A DNA stretch of 64,000 nt. Source: Saccostrea echinata (Eukaryota). The DNA is taken from assembly GCF_033153115.1 (NCBI RefSeq), contig NW_026889781.1, forward strand, positions 4,526,001 through 4,590,000, read 5' to 3'. This document shows positions 38,801-51,899 of the stretch, in pieces. How positions within the stretch are numbered: position 1 is the first letter of the stretch; every line of letters begins with the position of its first letter. The translations under genes were made by a program, and so were the position numbers. Below the pieces are notes generated by a model that searched no databases, was not told where the DNA came from, and saw only the letters and a program-made list of their open reading frames with translations.

Positions 38801-40800
38801 GACACGATCATTTTCTTTCAACTACATGTAATTAGGCCACCTTTAAAATAAAGTTTGTTTGCCCTCTCCTGACTCAGGGTGAAAAAATTAGGTCGGTAGG
38901 TAGGTACGAATTTTTTTTTCTCAGAAATTTTCGATTTCATTTTTTTTTTTAAATTTATTGCCCAGAATACATAAAAAAAAATAATAATTGCTTCATGAAG
39001 GTTAAAAAGTTTTCAGTCGGTCGGGAGAGGGCAACCAAACTTTTTTTTTTTTTTTTTTTAAGATATCCTTAGCTTCTATTTTGTAAAATTTCTAAATATT
39101 CTGAAACAGATTATGCGAATGTACATACATAAAATGAAGAATGTTAGAATTAATATATTGATATGATTTCTTTTAATTAAAAGTATCTATAAAGTATATT
39201 TATTATGTGATTCATGTAGTAAAATGATTTGGTTAAGTCAATGTATAAGGACTAAAAATTTATCATCCTAATAGTTAACTATCATGGACGAATTATTGAA
39301 CTAAAAGAAATAACACAACTGGCTGTCAGGGTTGTTAATAGAAAGGACACGGTGGACTGAAAACTGTTACTCCCGGGCAAAATTTCTTTGGACCAGGAAA
39401 AAGCCATCGAGGGAATGTAGTTTGACCACTCATTAATACGTGCATATAAAAATTTGAAAGTAACTGAAAAATTGAGAACTTACCACTAACTTCTTGCAGA
39501 TTGACAATACCACAGCAGTCTTAAAAAACAGCTTGTTTCATATCTGGGCATAAATTCAAATAGTGTGTTTATCTGCACAATCATGTATCATAAATATCAT
39601 TTGTATCACACGCTTTTTTTTTCAAAATATACATCAAATTTCTATAAACTTGTGTGAATGCAATATCAATTGAATGCAAATTTCACTTTATTTAAACTGT
39701 TTAGAGATACAGGAATTTTCACAATAAAAACCCCTTTTCATTGGTCATAATAAACACCAGTGTCGCCACTTAATGGTATTTCCAGTGCATGGCGGGGTAA
39801 GCAAGTGGGTCTTCACAAGTGATAATACTGGAGTCTATGGTGCCACGCAGAAACCTTAAAATCAATCTGAAAGGGTTACATGTACACAACAAAAACTCTC
39901 CAAAATTATGTCAACTTGATTTTACTTTGAATAATACTTAGAGGTGTTCGTCAAAATTTATACACTTCAAAGACAACACNNNNNNNNNNNNNNNNNNNNN
40001 NNNNNNNNNNNNNNNNNNNNNNNNNNNNNNNNNNNNNNNNNNNNNNNNNNNNNNNNNNNNNNNNNNNNNNNNNNNNNNNNNNNNNNNNNNNNNNNNNNNN
40101 NNNNNNNNNNNNNNNNNNNNNNNNNNNNNNNNNNNNNNNNNNNNNNNNNNNNNNNNNNNNNNNNNNNNNNGTGTTCATTTAAAACTAGTTCATTTTGTTT
40201 TCATTTGAACATGACTTCATGCACTTTAAAAACAGTTCAATATTTACTTTTCTCTGATACCAAAGGAATGGCCGTATTTTCTGATAAATTGACGTGACGT
40301 CCTCCGTCGTAAAAAAGTTATGAGAGTTAATGATTCAGATCAGTGAATATACATTTTTATCAATATTATTGTTCACGCAATAGAGATAAATAATTTCATT
40401 ATCTTAAAGAAATAAACTTCACAGAAGGTATAGAGGTTGTACATGTTTTTTTTTTTTTTTTTAAGCTAATTATTTCGTATTGAGCATTTATTTAATTAAA
40501 AATATATATTAAAATAGTACTACTAAAATTGTGTTGCTCCGAGCCAGACGCATAGATAACACTTTCTTTACCACGTCAATAAGGGAAAAATTGTTAATCG
40601 TCGGGAAAATCGTCAATTGCATTGGAAAAGTGTGCCATTTACAGAAAGGCAAGTAGGTTCTTAAAATGTAAAATCTATTCATTATTGACACATCAGATAG
40701 ACAATTTTTACAGGGCTTTAAAGTAGAGAAAATTTACTAAAAGATGAAGTATAGTTAATATACATTTATGATACCATTTTGCGTGGTTTTACGCACAATT
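35866..40800 (-). mobile_element. piggyBac-like transposon, copy 2 (inverted; 5' TIR not located)
   Basis: TTAA|ccctctc..gcattttaagcgacttt matches the reverse complement of 22140-22185; collinear homology to 19386-22185 and ~11800-13780, including REMAAD..MVATK (38730-38770) and the HW.K..FYLLD region (38060-38250); lacks the ~13.98-19.28 kb insert of copy 1. Confidence 0.75.
38835..39068. mobile_element. Zator-like MITE inserted in a transposase exon of piggyBac copy 2
   Basis: TTA|ggccacct..aagtttgtttgccctctcc ... gggagagggcaaccaaactt..atatcc|TTA; absent at the equivalent site of copy 1 (tagaagctaatt at ~19390). Confidence 0.65.
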
Positions 40801-42114
40801 ATATGCTAAACATACATTATAGACAATGGAATTGACAAATTAAAAAAAAGAAAAAAAAAAAAAAAAAAACCTAAATGGTGATATATTTTACTTTTCAGAT
40901 ACTTTTTTGCACGATCCTGATGCTACTAATGTTTATGCTGATGCTGGTTTATGTAACAAAATTAGTTCCCTGCACCATATTATGTAATATCCATTCTTCA
41001 TTTCAAAAATGAAAAGAAAATTTGATGTAGTCTTTATTGTAATAAAAAGAGGGTATTTCAAAACACGAAAATAATACTTTATCTAAGATACTTTATAAGT
41101 CACAGCAGGTTTATCAAATGATTGTAGTATTGTAAATGTTTCCCAAAATTAAATGCTCCTTTCATTATGAAAGAATTTTCTCTTCATTTTTTTAATTTGT
41201 TTTACACACATCATTGTTTTATGTGGAAAAGGAAGGGGAGGGCAATAAAATTACAAGGTTAATTAGATCTAATATATAGGAAACTAAAATATTTCTTCTT
41301 GGTTGCATTCACATCACTCGTATTTTTTTGTGTTAGGATTAGCGAAATATTTTATGGTCAATCTACTGCATGCATATATAATTTATTAACAAAATAGGTA
41401 AATATTTTTTTCAAGGAGAAAGACTACACGGGTTTACCTTTGATTGCAGTGTTTTTTTTTCTTCTTTTTTTTTTTCAAAATCAAAAGTTAAAATAAAATA
41501 AGATAAAACTAATTAACCTCTACTTGGACATTGAAAATATCTTACAATAAAGTTTTAAAAAGCTGTTTAAAAGTTAAAACATAAAACTCAAATATTGATA
41601 GAAATGCCAGAATGGGCGAGCGTTCAACATGTACAGTCCAGAACTACCAATTATGCAAAAATGGCGAAATATTTTAGCGCAATTTGACATCAAATTAATT
41701 GTGACTTTACTGTATTCAGTTGTGACGGCCATCAAGGGTTAATGTGACACGTCTGAAACAACACTGCGTGAAAACGTACACGCAGACCAAGTAGACTGGG
41801 CCTCGTTAAAATTAGATGGATGAAATTTTGAGATCACGAATATAAAGCTAGAAAGTCCATTGAAACAATAGCAATATGGGGCACAGCAAACACGAACCTC
41901 TAAAAAAACATGATAGGATGAATCTGGTGTCAAGGAGTAGTAAGCATCCCCTGTCAATCGGTCAAAACCGCTGTGTGCTCATATACAAAAAGAAGGTTCA
42001 GAAGTGTCACAAACTGACGTAGTAATTGCAAGAACAGGGAACTATGGGAAATATTGTGTTAGTGATTGTTATGAATTTCTTTCTATTAGACCTTTAAAAT
42101 ATTAAATAATTTAC

Positions 42115-42184
42115 TAGTAGATCGTCATGATAGAGCACTGAAAAGAAGAGTTGTGGACCAAACAGACTGCTTGAAACATAGGAG
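42115..42184 (-). other. Candidate exon C of the short gene family
   Basis: Same start ttag|ctcctatgtt as exon A; ends |gtaaat; 70 nt (3n+1, like the 73-nt exon B); TGA in the LLC frame. Confidence 0.3.
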
Positions 42185-42629
42185 CTAAATGCATTTCAAA
42201 GATGTAGCTGAAAAAAAATATATACCATGGTACATTTCTCTTAGCGGAGCTTCTTAATTTCATTCATTCTTTCAAATCACTACAAATAATTAAAACATGA
42301 AACAGCTACAAACCTTCCTACTCATGAGCGCAAATTAATCATCTACTTTAAACAACATTATTTAGATTTGATAAAATTTTATGGCTAACTTTAATAAAGA
42401 CAATATTGAACACTGAGTCTCTCCCAAAAGAATCGTGTTATTTTTATGATTTATGTAAAACTTCTATGAGGCTTTCTATTCTATAACTTTAGAGAAATAG
42501 TTTATTCAAAATTTACCCTTTATATACTGTTGCCAGCAAAGATGTACCTACCCTTAGTGTTAGTGTTAATAGTGCCGTGAATTAGTACATATGATATGTT
42601 AAGAGACGATATAAATATACCCATAATCC

Positions 42630-42671
<42 letters not shown>

Positions 42672-43026
42672 CCATTAAAAACACAAGCATGGTTTAGCCT
42701 ATAGCTGCAAAAATTCATCCCTTTGACATTCAATATATCGGAAAACGTTTTAAATTGATTTTAGCGTACTTCTTATACATTTTTTTCCTAAAGGGGCTTG
42801 CGTCGGCTACTTACCAAAACGATTTGAACTGTATCATTGTTAATTTCCAAATGCATTTCCCGTATGTCGTCTGTAGCTTCAAATTTAAATTATAACCCTC
42901 CATGCATTCCTAAACCTGCATCTCCATAGAATCGATGGTATCTCCCCGCTTTGATAGTTTGAAAAACAAAATTCATAGTTCTACTGATCGGAACCTCGTC
43001 TCATTCAAAGAACTGGTCTCTTTTTT

Positions 43027-43114
43027 CGCAGTGGAATTTGAACCCGCGGCGTAAGGAGCAGTTCCTTTCTAGGTGACTCTAGAGCAAACGCTCTAACCAC
43101 TGCGCCGCGTAGGC
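43027..43114 (-). ncRNA. tRNA-like sequence with expanded anticodon region inside a possible TTAA (Kolobok-like) element ~42790-43340
   Basis: gcggcgcagtggttagagcg (A box) ... gggttcaaattcc (B box); acceptor stem does not pair. Confidence 0.4.
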
Positions 43115-44650
43115 GACTAATTTTCTTCCGTAAAGTACTCTGAGAGGAAGTATGTAACTTTGGTCATAATTTATGTCAAAATATCGATAATGAAAATTCT
43201 TGTGATACAGGTATCAAAGAAAAAATATATATATTGCAAATAATCAAAAACGCCGATTTAACATTAATCTAATAAATATGAATTGGAAAAAAATCAAAAT
43301 GTTAAAAATATTGACACTACTTTTGGATAACCCCTCTTAATTGCTACTGGTAGTTCACTGTTTGTGAGTGGTGAATACACATCTATTAGAGATATTGATC
43401 CTAAAGTGCAACCGACTTCATTTCCACTTAAATGATCTTTTTAGTTTTTAAACTTCCACACGCCGATCAATCAATCGTCAATCAATCGAAGGGCATATGC
43501 TTGAGATGAATTAAGCATTTTTTTTAATTTCTATAATGCAAATTGTTTGGTTAACAGGATATCGGAATTGAGAAAAAAATATATATATATATACATATAT
43601 CATCAATTCTGACATCTCAGCGCGTTAAATGTTAAAAAAAATGTTTCCTTAATAATAAAAACTATATTTGAGAATTTTTTTTCTTTTGATTATAACTGTT
43701 ATCAGAATAAACGTCATCTTTATGTTACAATAGTGGCGTGAGTTTATGAAAGTAAGTAATCTTTCCATACACGCAAAACAAATTTTTGGTTGACCTACAA
43801 GTATTACTTTTCTATGTATATCCCTCACTAAAAAGTGATGTACTATTTAATTCCTCAAATCTATTATTTTTTTTCTCAACGCATGCCATTGTTAGGGATA
43901 ATAAATATGGAGAAAACGAACAGTAAACAAGTTAAAAAGTTCATTTTTACTAATCGTGGGCAAAACAAACACGGACATCTAAAACATCAGGGGTGGGATC
44001 AGGTGCAATGAAGGAGTAAGCTTCCCCTGTGCAAGCCAAAGTATTCTCTCCAGTAGTTGATTTCCCCCCAAAAATGACGTATTTTCTAACCTGGTATGTG
44101 TTTACAATGATTAAATATTCTGCATTGGTAACATTTTTTTTTTTTCAGATGGAAGTTTGTTGCGCACAAGTGACCTTGTGTATCTCGATGTAAGAATAAA
44201 AAAGACAAATAATGTCCCCAATAGTACAATGACCGTAGTCATTTTTCGACGTCAAAAAATGAAATTTTTGCCTGTAGAAAAAGTGGCATCACCCCTGAAA
44301 TCTGCGTACCCTACGTGAAGAAACATGACTCAGGTATAATTAATACCCCTTGTAGATTTTCTTATGGATATACATGTTTTGTTTTTATTCTTTTAAAAAA
44401 GATTAAGAATTATAAATCAAAAGGCCCATGGACAAAGATGCTCGCCTGAGGTATTCGTAAAATGAGGATACGGGGCAAGATAGTTTTTTTTTTTTTTTTT
44501 TTTTTATTATTTTTTTTTTTTTATTAGTATTTCGAATAAAATGGTCAGTCCATTATGATGAATTCAAAACATTAATCAAATACACAATGTAAAAATGTCC
44601 CATTGCGATTTCACAATTGTATCATTGTTTTTAAATCCCCTGATATATTT

Positions 44651-44653
<3 letters not shown>

Positions 44654-44709
<56 letters not shown>
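44654..44709. repeat. (AG)n microsatellite
   Basis: Direct. Confidence 0.95.
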
Positions 44710-44711
<2 letters not shown>

Positions 44712-45974
44712 GGTGATATCTTAAGTTACGTTTGAAGGATATATTTTTAATTCAATGATTTTAACAATGTTAAAATACCTGTACTTTTCGGACAAAAAAA
44801 TGAATAGCAAAAGTTTCTTACAAATTGAATAAAAAGAAGTTTTTTGAAAGAACAAGCATTAATAAACTATTCATTGTGCACGGCAAACAAAAAGTGGAGA
44901 TGCAAGAAATTTCAATCTAAACTGTAAGTATAACTTCAATAACCCCCGAAACCGAAAAGTAATGTAGTCAATAAAAAGCTTCATCATACAGCTATCCATA
45001 TCTCTACGAAAATACAATTAATCCACGAGCTTAGTAAATGTACCATCTTTGGTTTTCTGGATGGTCTACTTTATCCGAGTAATGAAAAATCTTGATAAAG
45101 AAGAAATATCTATTTGAACAAATATGTAATTTATTAATTTGCCCAAGCAAATATCCTGTTCATCCGAACAATTCCGATCAAAACCAATTCGGTCTTCCTA
45201 ATTCTAATTGTATTTGATTTGTCCAAAGGAAGAACATATAAAGTTTGTCTACACATATAACGTGTTCGTCCGAACAAAAATCATACGTTTTAGATGTATT
45301 ACCTTATCTGTCAGAACATGTATCAAATTCGCCCACACAATTACGTATTTTTCGGGGTTTCAACGGCACCATACTATTGTATAATATTCTGTATTTATAA
45401 TAGTTATGGCATTCATGGATTTTTGTAAATTTATTAAATTTATAGAGGTTCCAAACTACAAAATGTATAACCTTACAAATTTAAAAAGAAATGGAAAATT
45501 AAATTATTCTCAAACAATGTTATTAGAATAACCCAGGCATTTTCAAAATGCTGACTTTGAGACTGTTGAAAGCCATGTATCATCAACTTATTTGTCAGTA
45601 TGCTGCGTCTGTTGAAAAGTTGGTCCTACTCAGAGCATGCTCTAGCGTACTGAATAAGTAAACAATTCAGGCGATAGTATAGAATATTACTGCATAAATA
45701 CTTGTAAAAAGTTGGCAATGGAAAAGCCGATCCGGAAGTTGTGCCGTTTGTCATATAGTTTAGTTGTGTGCTGGCCATTAGCGTCTATAATAAGTAAAAT
45801 ATAGAAATAGGAAAGGGGTGATAAAGAAAAATTAAGATATCAGTTTTTAAAAATAGCAACAGTGGCGTTTCTTTTGTGCGATTTTTATTGTATACTGAAA
45901 ATACAATAGGTGAAATATGAATAAAATAAACAGTAATTATTGCAGATCAAAAGTCCATTAGTAAATTACATGAG

Positions 45975-46699
45975 AGCAGAGCACACATGAAAATCTAAAA
46001 ACATCAGAGGTGTGATCAGTGTGACCATTCCCTGTTGACAGGTCACAACCGCTGTGCGCTTCGTCATAATCAGACAAACGGAAAAATCCGTAGACAATTC
46101 AATGTGAAAATAATGGCCTAAAAACTTGAATGAAAAGCGTCAGTCAACATTCGACTTTCTAATAATTTTTTTACCGTATTTTCTAATAAGGTCATTATAT
46201 GGACCCCAGAATTTGCAAAACGTTGCCTTTAAACGAGATTGTTGATATCCTTGTATCATCAACATTTGTGAATAGCTTGCCTCATTTTAGAAATTGTTCA
46301 TACATAGAATATGGCTACAACCAGACCCGACCTGACAGAGAACAGTCCCAAGGACTGCTTTCTGGGACTGCTCTGAGACTGCTAAGCAGTCCAACAGGGG
46401 TCCAAAGGCAGTCCCACAGCAGCCCCATAGCGTTCCCAGGGCAGGCCCACAGCAGTCCCAGAAAGCTGTCCCAGAAAACAATCCCAATAGCCTAGTGGGC
46501 GGAGCTTAACCCTAAACAAGATTACGCAGTGTATCAATAAACAATGTTAGTATTATAAAAGAATTTGAAATTAGTTATGCAATTTTTACGGAGAAAACTG
46601 TATTTTATATATGTACACGGAGCACGTATTTCATATTCACAATTCTTAAGTCTATTTTTTTAAGTAGTGAACAAAATAAACGTATACTAACAAAAACAT

Positions 46700-46740
<41 letters not shown>

Positions 46741-47028
46741 TAAAGAAAGACACATTCGCATTAAATAATAGCATGTAGAATATTAATTCATCACCAAATT
46801 AAACCAATATATCCATTAACTGTGATGCATTAATATTGCTTACCGTTTATTTCTATAGAAAATTAATCAGGTGCTAAATAGACTGAATATCTTATTTTTA
46901 GGCCATAATTTAATAATTTATCAATAGATCTTACTATTTTAGAGCAATGCAATGCGGATACCCAGATTAATCTCCGTTTTTAATTGATGTTGAAGCTTGC
47001 GAAAATATATCAAGAATCTGATTACAGT

Positions 47029-47060
<32 letters not shown>

Positions 47061-48660
47061 GATTTTGTCAACTAGTATATATGTTATTATTTTCAATGAC
47101 TTGCCGATTTTATTATCGCTAGAATTTTTATGCAACGTAAACAAATTCAGTAAAATATTCCCTGTTCTTGTACGTGAAAATCACGCGAGACACTAAACCT
47201 CCGCTATGTTCAAAAATAAATAATCCTGGTATAATTTTTTCAATATATATTGAAACAAGCAGTTTTGCAGTCTTAAGACCGAAATGAGTGATATGTTGTT
47301 GACCAGCTTGGGCAGTGATATGTAACACTGATACTCATATAACGCGCTTGGACACTTTGCTAGTCATGTCAAAGGCGATTGAAACCTAAGCCAGGAGTTG
47401 ATAATTTTATACACTTTGGATGGCTTTTAATCAGTCAGACAATGCTGTTCTTAAGTGCATCTTGTTTCCTTCAAACTTACACAAAAACAAAGAAGATATT
47501 AAACACATTTTTTGATATTTTGAACAATATTTATTTGTAAATAAAGAAATTTGGCTTTTTAATATTATTATTATCATTATTATTATCATAACTACTTGTA
47601 AATTAAAAATTAATCCTCGAAAAACTCCATAATTGATCAAGTGGTTTATATGAGTAGAGAATGCTAGATAAATTTAGTTATGGGCAATGGATTAGTTATC
47701 AGTTTTTATTCTTCGAAGAGGTAAAAAGGCATTGATTTTTTCTTTGCGTTATATCAGCCTTTTTTTTCAGTTTAAAAAAAAAAATCACTTCCAGCCATAG
47801 AGCATGTCGCTTTGAATAACTTTCATGACATGATTGTTTCCTTCTTCAGGACATAGAACAAATTAAACCTGAAGTACAAAATTAAAATTACTCTGTTTCA
47901 AACACCTGGATTAATGTCAGACGATACGTTCCTCAAATATCTGTTATGTCTATCTTCGTAATGTATGAAGAATGTTCAAATTTTGATTACATTCTGATTT
48001 CTATACCAAATCCAAACACTAGAAAATTTGATATTTCCAATTTTTTTTCCCAAATGGATAATATAAGAAAAACTACCCTCTGGTATCTTGCATTAATGCC
48101 TGGTAAGGTACCTCAATTTTTTTGTGAATAAACATGTTAAAGTAGCAATACTTCAATGACAAAATCTAAAAAAGAATGTATATTATTGAGGAACGTATCG
48201 TCTGTCCTTTAACGTTAAATACAAGGATTGGATAATTTTTTCCGACTTTCGTACTTATTAAAGTTTTTAAAGAAATCTTTATTGCATTTTTTTTATCTTT
48301 TGAACATCTTTCTGAAAGTAAACAAAATTGCAAGAGGAAGCCTGAAAATTTGGAATACACAAGAGGTGGGGGTTTTTATCCCTCAGAACCTATTACACGC
48401 ACGGGTGAACAAAGCAATCCCACAGCCGTCCAAGATCAGTCCAACAGCAGTACCAGAGCAGTCCCACAGCAGCCTCAGAGCGGTTCCATATCAGTCCATA
48501 TTTTGAGAAAGCAGTTCCAGAGCAGCCCCATTGCCTGCTTTCTAGAACTGCTTGGGTGTCAGGTTGGGTCTGTTTGGTATTGTTAACTCTTGCGCATAGA
48601 ATCAACTGGAAAACTCCATATACAGGTGATAATAATGTATTGCTACAAAAATAAGAGACG
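45975..48660 (-). mobile_element. Penelope-like 3' fragment split by the 46326-48568 element
   Basis: Minus strand CSN..LSP.YGV..QLI..AR (48660-48585) resumes as YEQFL..GKL.T...IQGYQQSRLK.TF.KF (46310-46190), followed by the family's 3' module. Confidence 0.55.
46326..48568. mobile_element. Non-autonomous CCC-ended EnSpm/CMC-like element, copy 1
   Basis: TIR cccgacctgaca / tgtcaggttggg; 11-bp subterminal repeats cagtcccacag; internal collinear homology with 61151-63386; no clear TSD. Confidence 0.7.
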
Positions 48661-49306
48661 TTTACGAAAAAAAAAAATTGAACACCTCACGTCTATCATA
48701 AAGTTTTGCCTTTAGTTTCTTTGTCTAGTTAAATATCCAAATAGGTATAATAGAACAAAACATATGTTGTGCTGTTATTTGACTTTTTAATAGCATTTTC
48801 TTAACGTTTTCATCAGAAAAACGCACAGGAATCAAACATTGAGACCCCAACCTTGTAAGAAATCATGTCTTTTAAACTTTTTATCACTCTGTTTGGATGG
48901 AGGTCATTTGTCAACGGGGGTCAATTCCTTATAGGCTGCATATGCAGAAAACTGAACCCTTGGGGTTTCTTATTCTAAAAAAAATATATATATATATACA
49001 TTTTTCTACGGTGATGGGTCATCTGGTCATTTTTCTTCGGGGTCATTATTCTTCTTTACACCGGCATAAATATAAAGAACAATGGGTTGAACATTGAAGG
49101 AGAACAAATACTGACAGACAAAGGCATGAAGTAAATAATCGTAACATATAATATAAAAAAAAAGTGGGTTGGGGAGTTCTAGATTTCAAACATTGATTTC
49201 AGTATAGTTGTAGGTTTAATTTAAACATACAGAATATTATACTGACAAGTCCGATAGAATATTTCTTTTTTAAGACAGACTTAACTAACAATGCTTATAA
49301 TATCTG

Positions 49307-50261
49307 TGTCACAGATAGTCAAGAGGATTTACTTCTTTACTAAATTTAAACATAACTCGAATGCTTTTGGCTAGATAATTTACATGTTTAATTACAATAA
49401 ATGTACAAATATACAAAATCCGTTGTTTGTCCTATAATAGTTTTTGTCCTGCCGCGCCTTCCACTCGACCGGCTAGAGGAAGATCTCTAGGGCCTCTCTA
49501 TTACACATCATTATGGGAGGGCAGACATACTGAAGGCACCGGGTGGCCTCTCCACATATATACTGTAAACTATGGATGGATGGAAACTGCTCCATAATAC
49601 AAATACAGAAGTTTTACTAACAAGCTCTTGTGGCTTTACAAAAATACACACTTAACTCATTATCAGATTTACAGATAATGTACACGTCTAAGATAAGACT
49701 CAAACACAAATGATATGTTTAAACTATACATACAACTCATACACAAATTCAATATTACGAATTGCTAATATTATGACGGAAATTGTACATCATACTTATA
49801 AATATTCAAATACTTGTTGCTATATATATAGTAATCACATTAAACAAAATATACATGCTAAAACTAATGAGAAATGCGGTGACTTGGTGTTTTAGGACAA
49901 AAGAATGATACAAGAAAATAACTAAGATAAAATTATAAACATAAACCTTACCTCAGAAAAGCTGGACCATTACACACAAGAAATACAAAGTAAGCCCTGC
50001 AAGTAATACTGGTACTCGGTGTAACTATTAATGCTGGTTACAAAACATATCTGAGAGGGGGTAAATGCGTCCTCCTCTCTGGACTGCCGTGTCCAGAACT
50101 AACTTGCACAGACTGGCGGGCTTTAAGGTCCAGTGAATTGAGGTTCAGTGAAGGATATGTACAGTAATTACACATTTAAAACGAAGGGGTTCCCCAAGGG
50201 ATATTTACATGAAATTCAAAATACATTAACAAAAATATGATAGAATGATTTTAATGTGACA
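49307..50261 (-). repeat. 3' LTR (955 bp)
   Basis: Direct repeat of 56030-57013; TG...CA ends. Confidence 0.95.
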
Positions 50262-50277
50262 ATTACCTCCCTTTTTG
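50262..50277 (-). promoter_or_regulatory. Polypurine tract
   Basis: Minus strand aaaaagggaggtaat immediately before the 3' LTR. Confidence 0.8.
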
Positions 50278-50379
50278 AAGAAGTACGCTGTACTTTATAT
50301 ATACATTAATATGCACGAAAAGAACACCTGATTGATAAAACACTAAATACTCTAGACAGCTTAGAAGATAACTTATTTA

Positions 50380-51520
50380 CAAACTACTTAAGTAGTCAGC
50401 ACCAACATTGTCTTGGCCCTTTATGGTCTGAATTCTGAACCTGTAAGGTTGTAGGTCTAAGTGCCCAACGCATAAGTCTTGGGTTTGTCACCTTACACTT
50501 ATTCAGATATACAAGGGGACTGTGGTCCGTTTCTAACACAAAATCTTGCCCATACAAATTGTTTTGGAATTTTTTAATAGCCCACACTATTGCTAGGCAC
50601 TCCTTCTCAAGTGTTGCATATTTGTGCTCACTCACTTTAAGCTTCCTACTAGCATATGGAATTGGTAGTTTTTGACCTTGTTCCCATTGTAAGAGGACTG
50701 CTCCCAGACCTCTGTCGGAAGCGTCTGTCTGTAGAATGAATGTATCATTGATGTTGGGAAGTTTCAGAATGGGACACTTTGTAAGTGAACTCTTCAACGA
50801 CTGAAATGCTAAATTATTAGATTCTTCCCAAAGGAGCTTAGTAGGAGAACCTTTTCACGTAAAATCAGTAAGAGGTGAAGCAATCTGAGCAAAGTTTGGT
50901 ACAATTTTACGGTAAAACCCGATTAGTCCCAGAAATGACCTTAACTGCTTTTTGGTAAGCGGGACATGTGCATTACGTATGGCATCAACCTTGTCTACGT
51001 CTGGTTTCAACTGCTCATTACCCACAATATGCCTAAGGCAGTCTATGTTTGAATAGGCCAATGAATATTTACTAGGCTTGGCTGTCAAACCTGCTTGGCG
51101 TAATTGCTGGAAAGGCTCATTCAATACAACAAAATGATGTTCTAATGACTTTGTGTAGACCAAAATATCGTGTATAAATTTATCTACATTCTCCATACCA
51201 TGCAAAACCTTGCACATCAACCTTGAGAAAGTAGCGGGAGCCGTAAGCAACCCGAAGGGCATCACCCTAAACTGGAACAATCCTTTCCGCGCTTTAAATC
51301 TGCTTTTAGTTTTGATTCATCTGTTAATTTTACCTGCCAATAACCTTTTGAAAGATCGATTTTTGAAAAGAATTTGTGACCTGCAATTTTGGAAAACATT
51401 TCGTCAGTGTCAGGCATTGTTTCAGAATCAAATATAGTATGATTGTTTAACAGACGAAAACCTATACAAAACCTATTAGTTCCATCTTTCTTGGGCACTA
51501 TAACGACGGGTGAACAATAC
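50380..51520 (-). pseudogene. pol: Gypsy reverse transcriptase and RNase H (frameshifted)
   Basis: PKKDGTNRFC, KIDLSKGYWQV, MPFGLLTAPATF, degenerate YxDD (FIHDIL), LRSFLGLIGFYRK, LQTDASDRGLGAVL, YASRKL, EKECLAIVWA, LETDHSPL. Confidence 0.92.
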
Positions 51521-51899
51521 GGAGAGTCGGAGGGTTCATACTCAACATGTCACTTACCTCCCTGTTGACCACCTCCTCCATAGAATACGGTATCTGACGA
51601 CTTTTTACATGAATGGGTTTTGTACTTACCATTCTTATGTCGTGTTCAAGGACATTTGTAAGACCTGGCTTGTCTTGGAAAACATCACTGTACTGACCCA
51701 ACAATTTCAACAACTTATCCCTGTTCTCTGTTGATAAAGAAGGGTTTATATTAACATTACTTCTACTAACCTTTGATTGAGGATACTTGTCAAACTGGCC
51801 TTCTTGGTTTTCGTCATCCACACAATCAACCACTGTTGCGTTAACCAAGCCAAGTACACTTGCATCACGCGTCATCGAAACCATATCAGAAGTAGGTCT

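Noticed and set aside
41715-41742. caagggTTAA as the missing end of piggyBac copy 2
   Set aside because: It does not match the ccc(c/t)ttctctaccg TIR and lies ~900 bp beyond the end of visible homology; it may be another element's end
46199-46495. S/P/Q-rich ORFs (also 48228-48605, 63175-63420)
   Set aside because: They arise from the 11-bp subterminal repeats of the CCC-ended element
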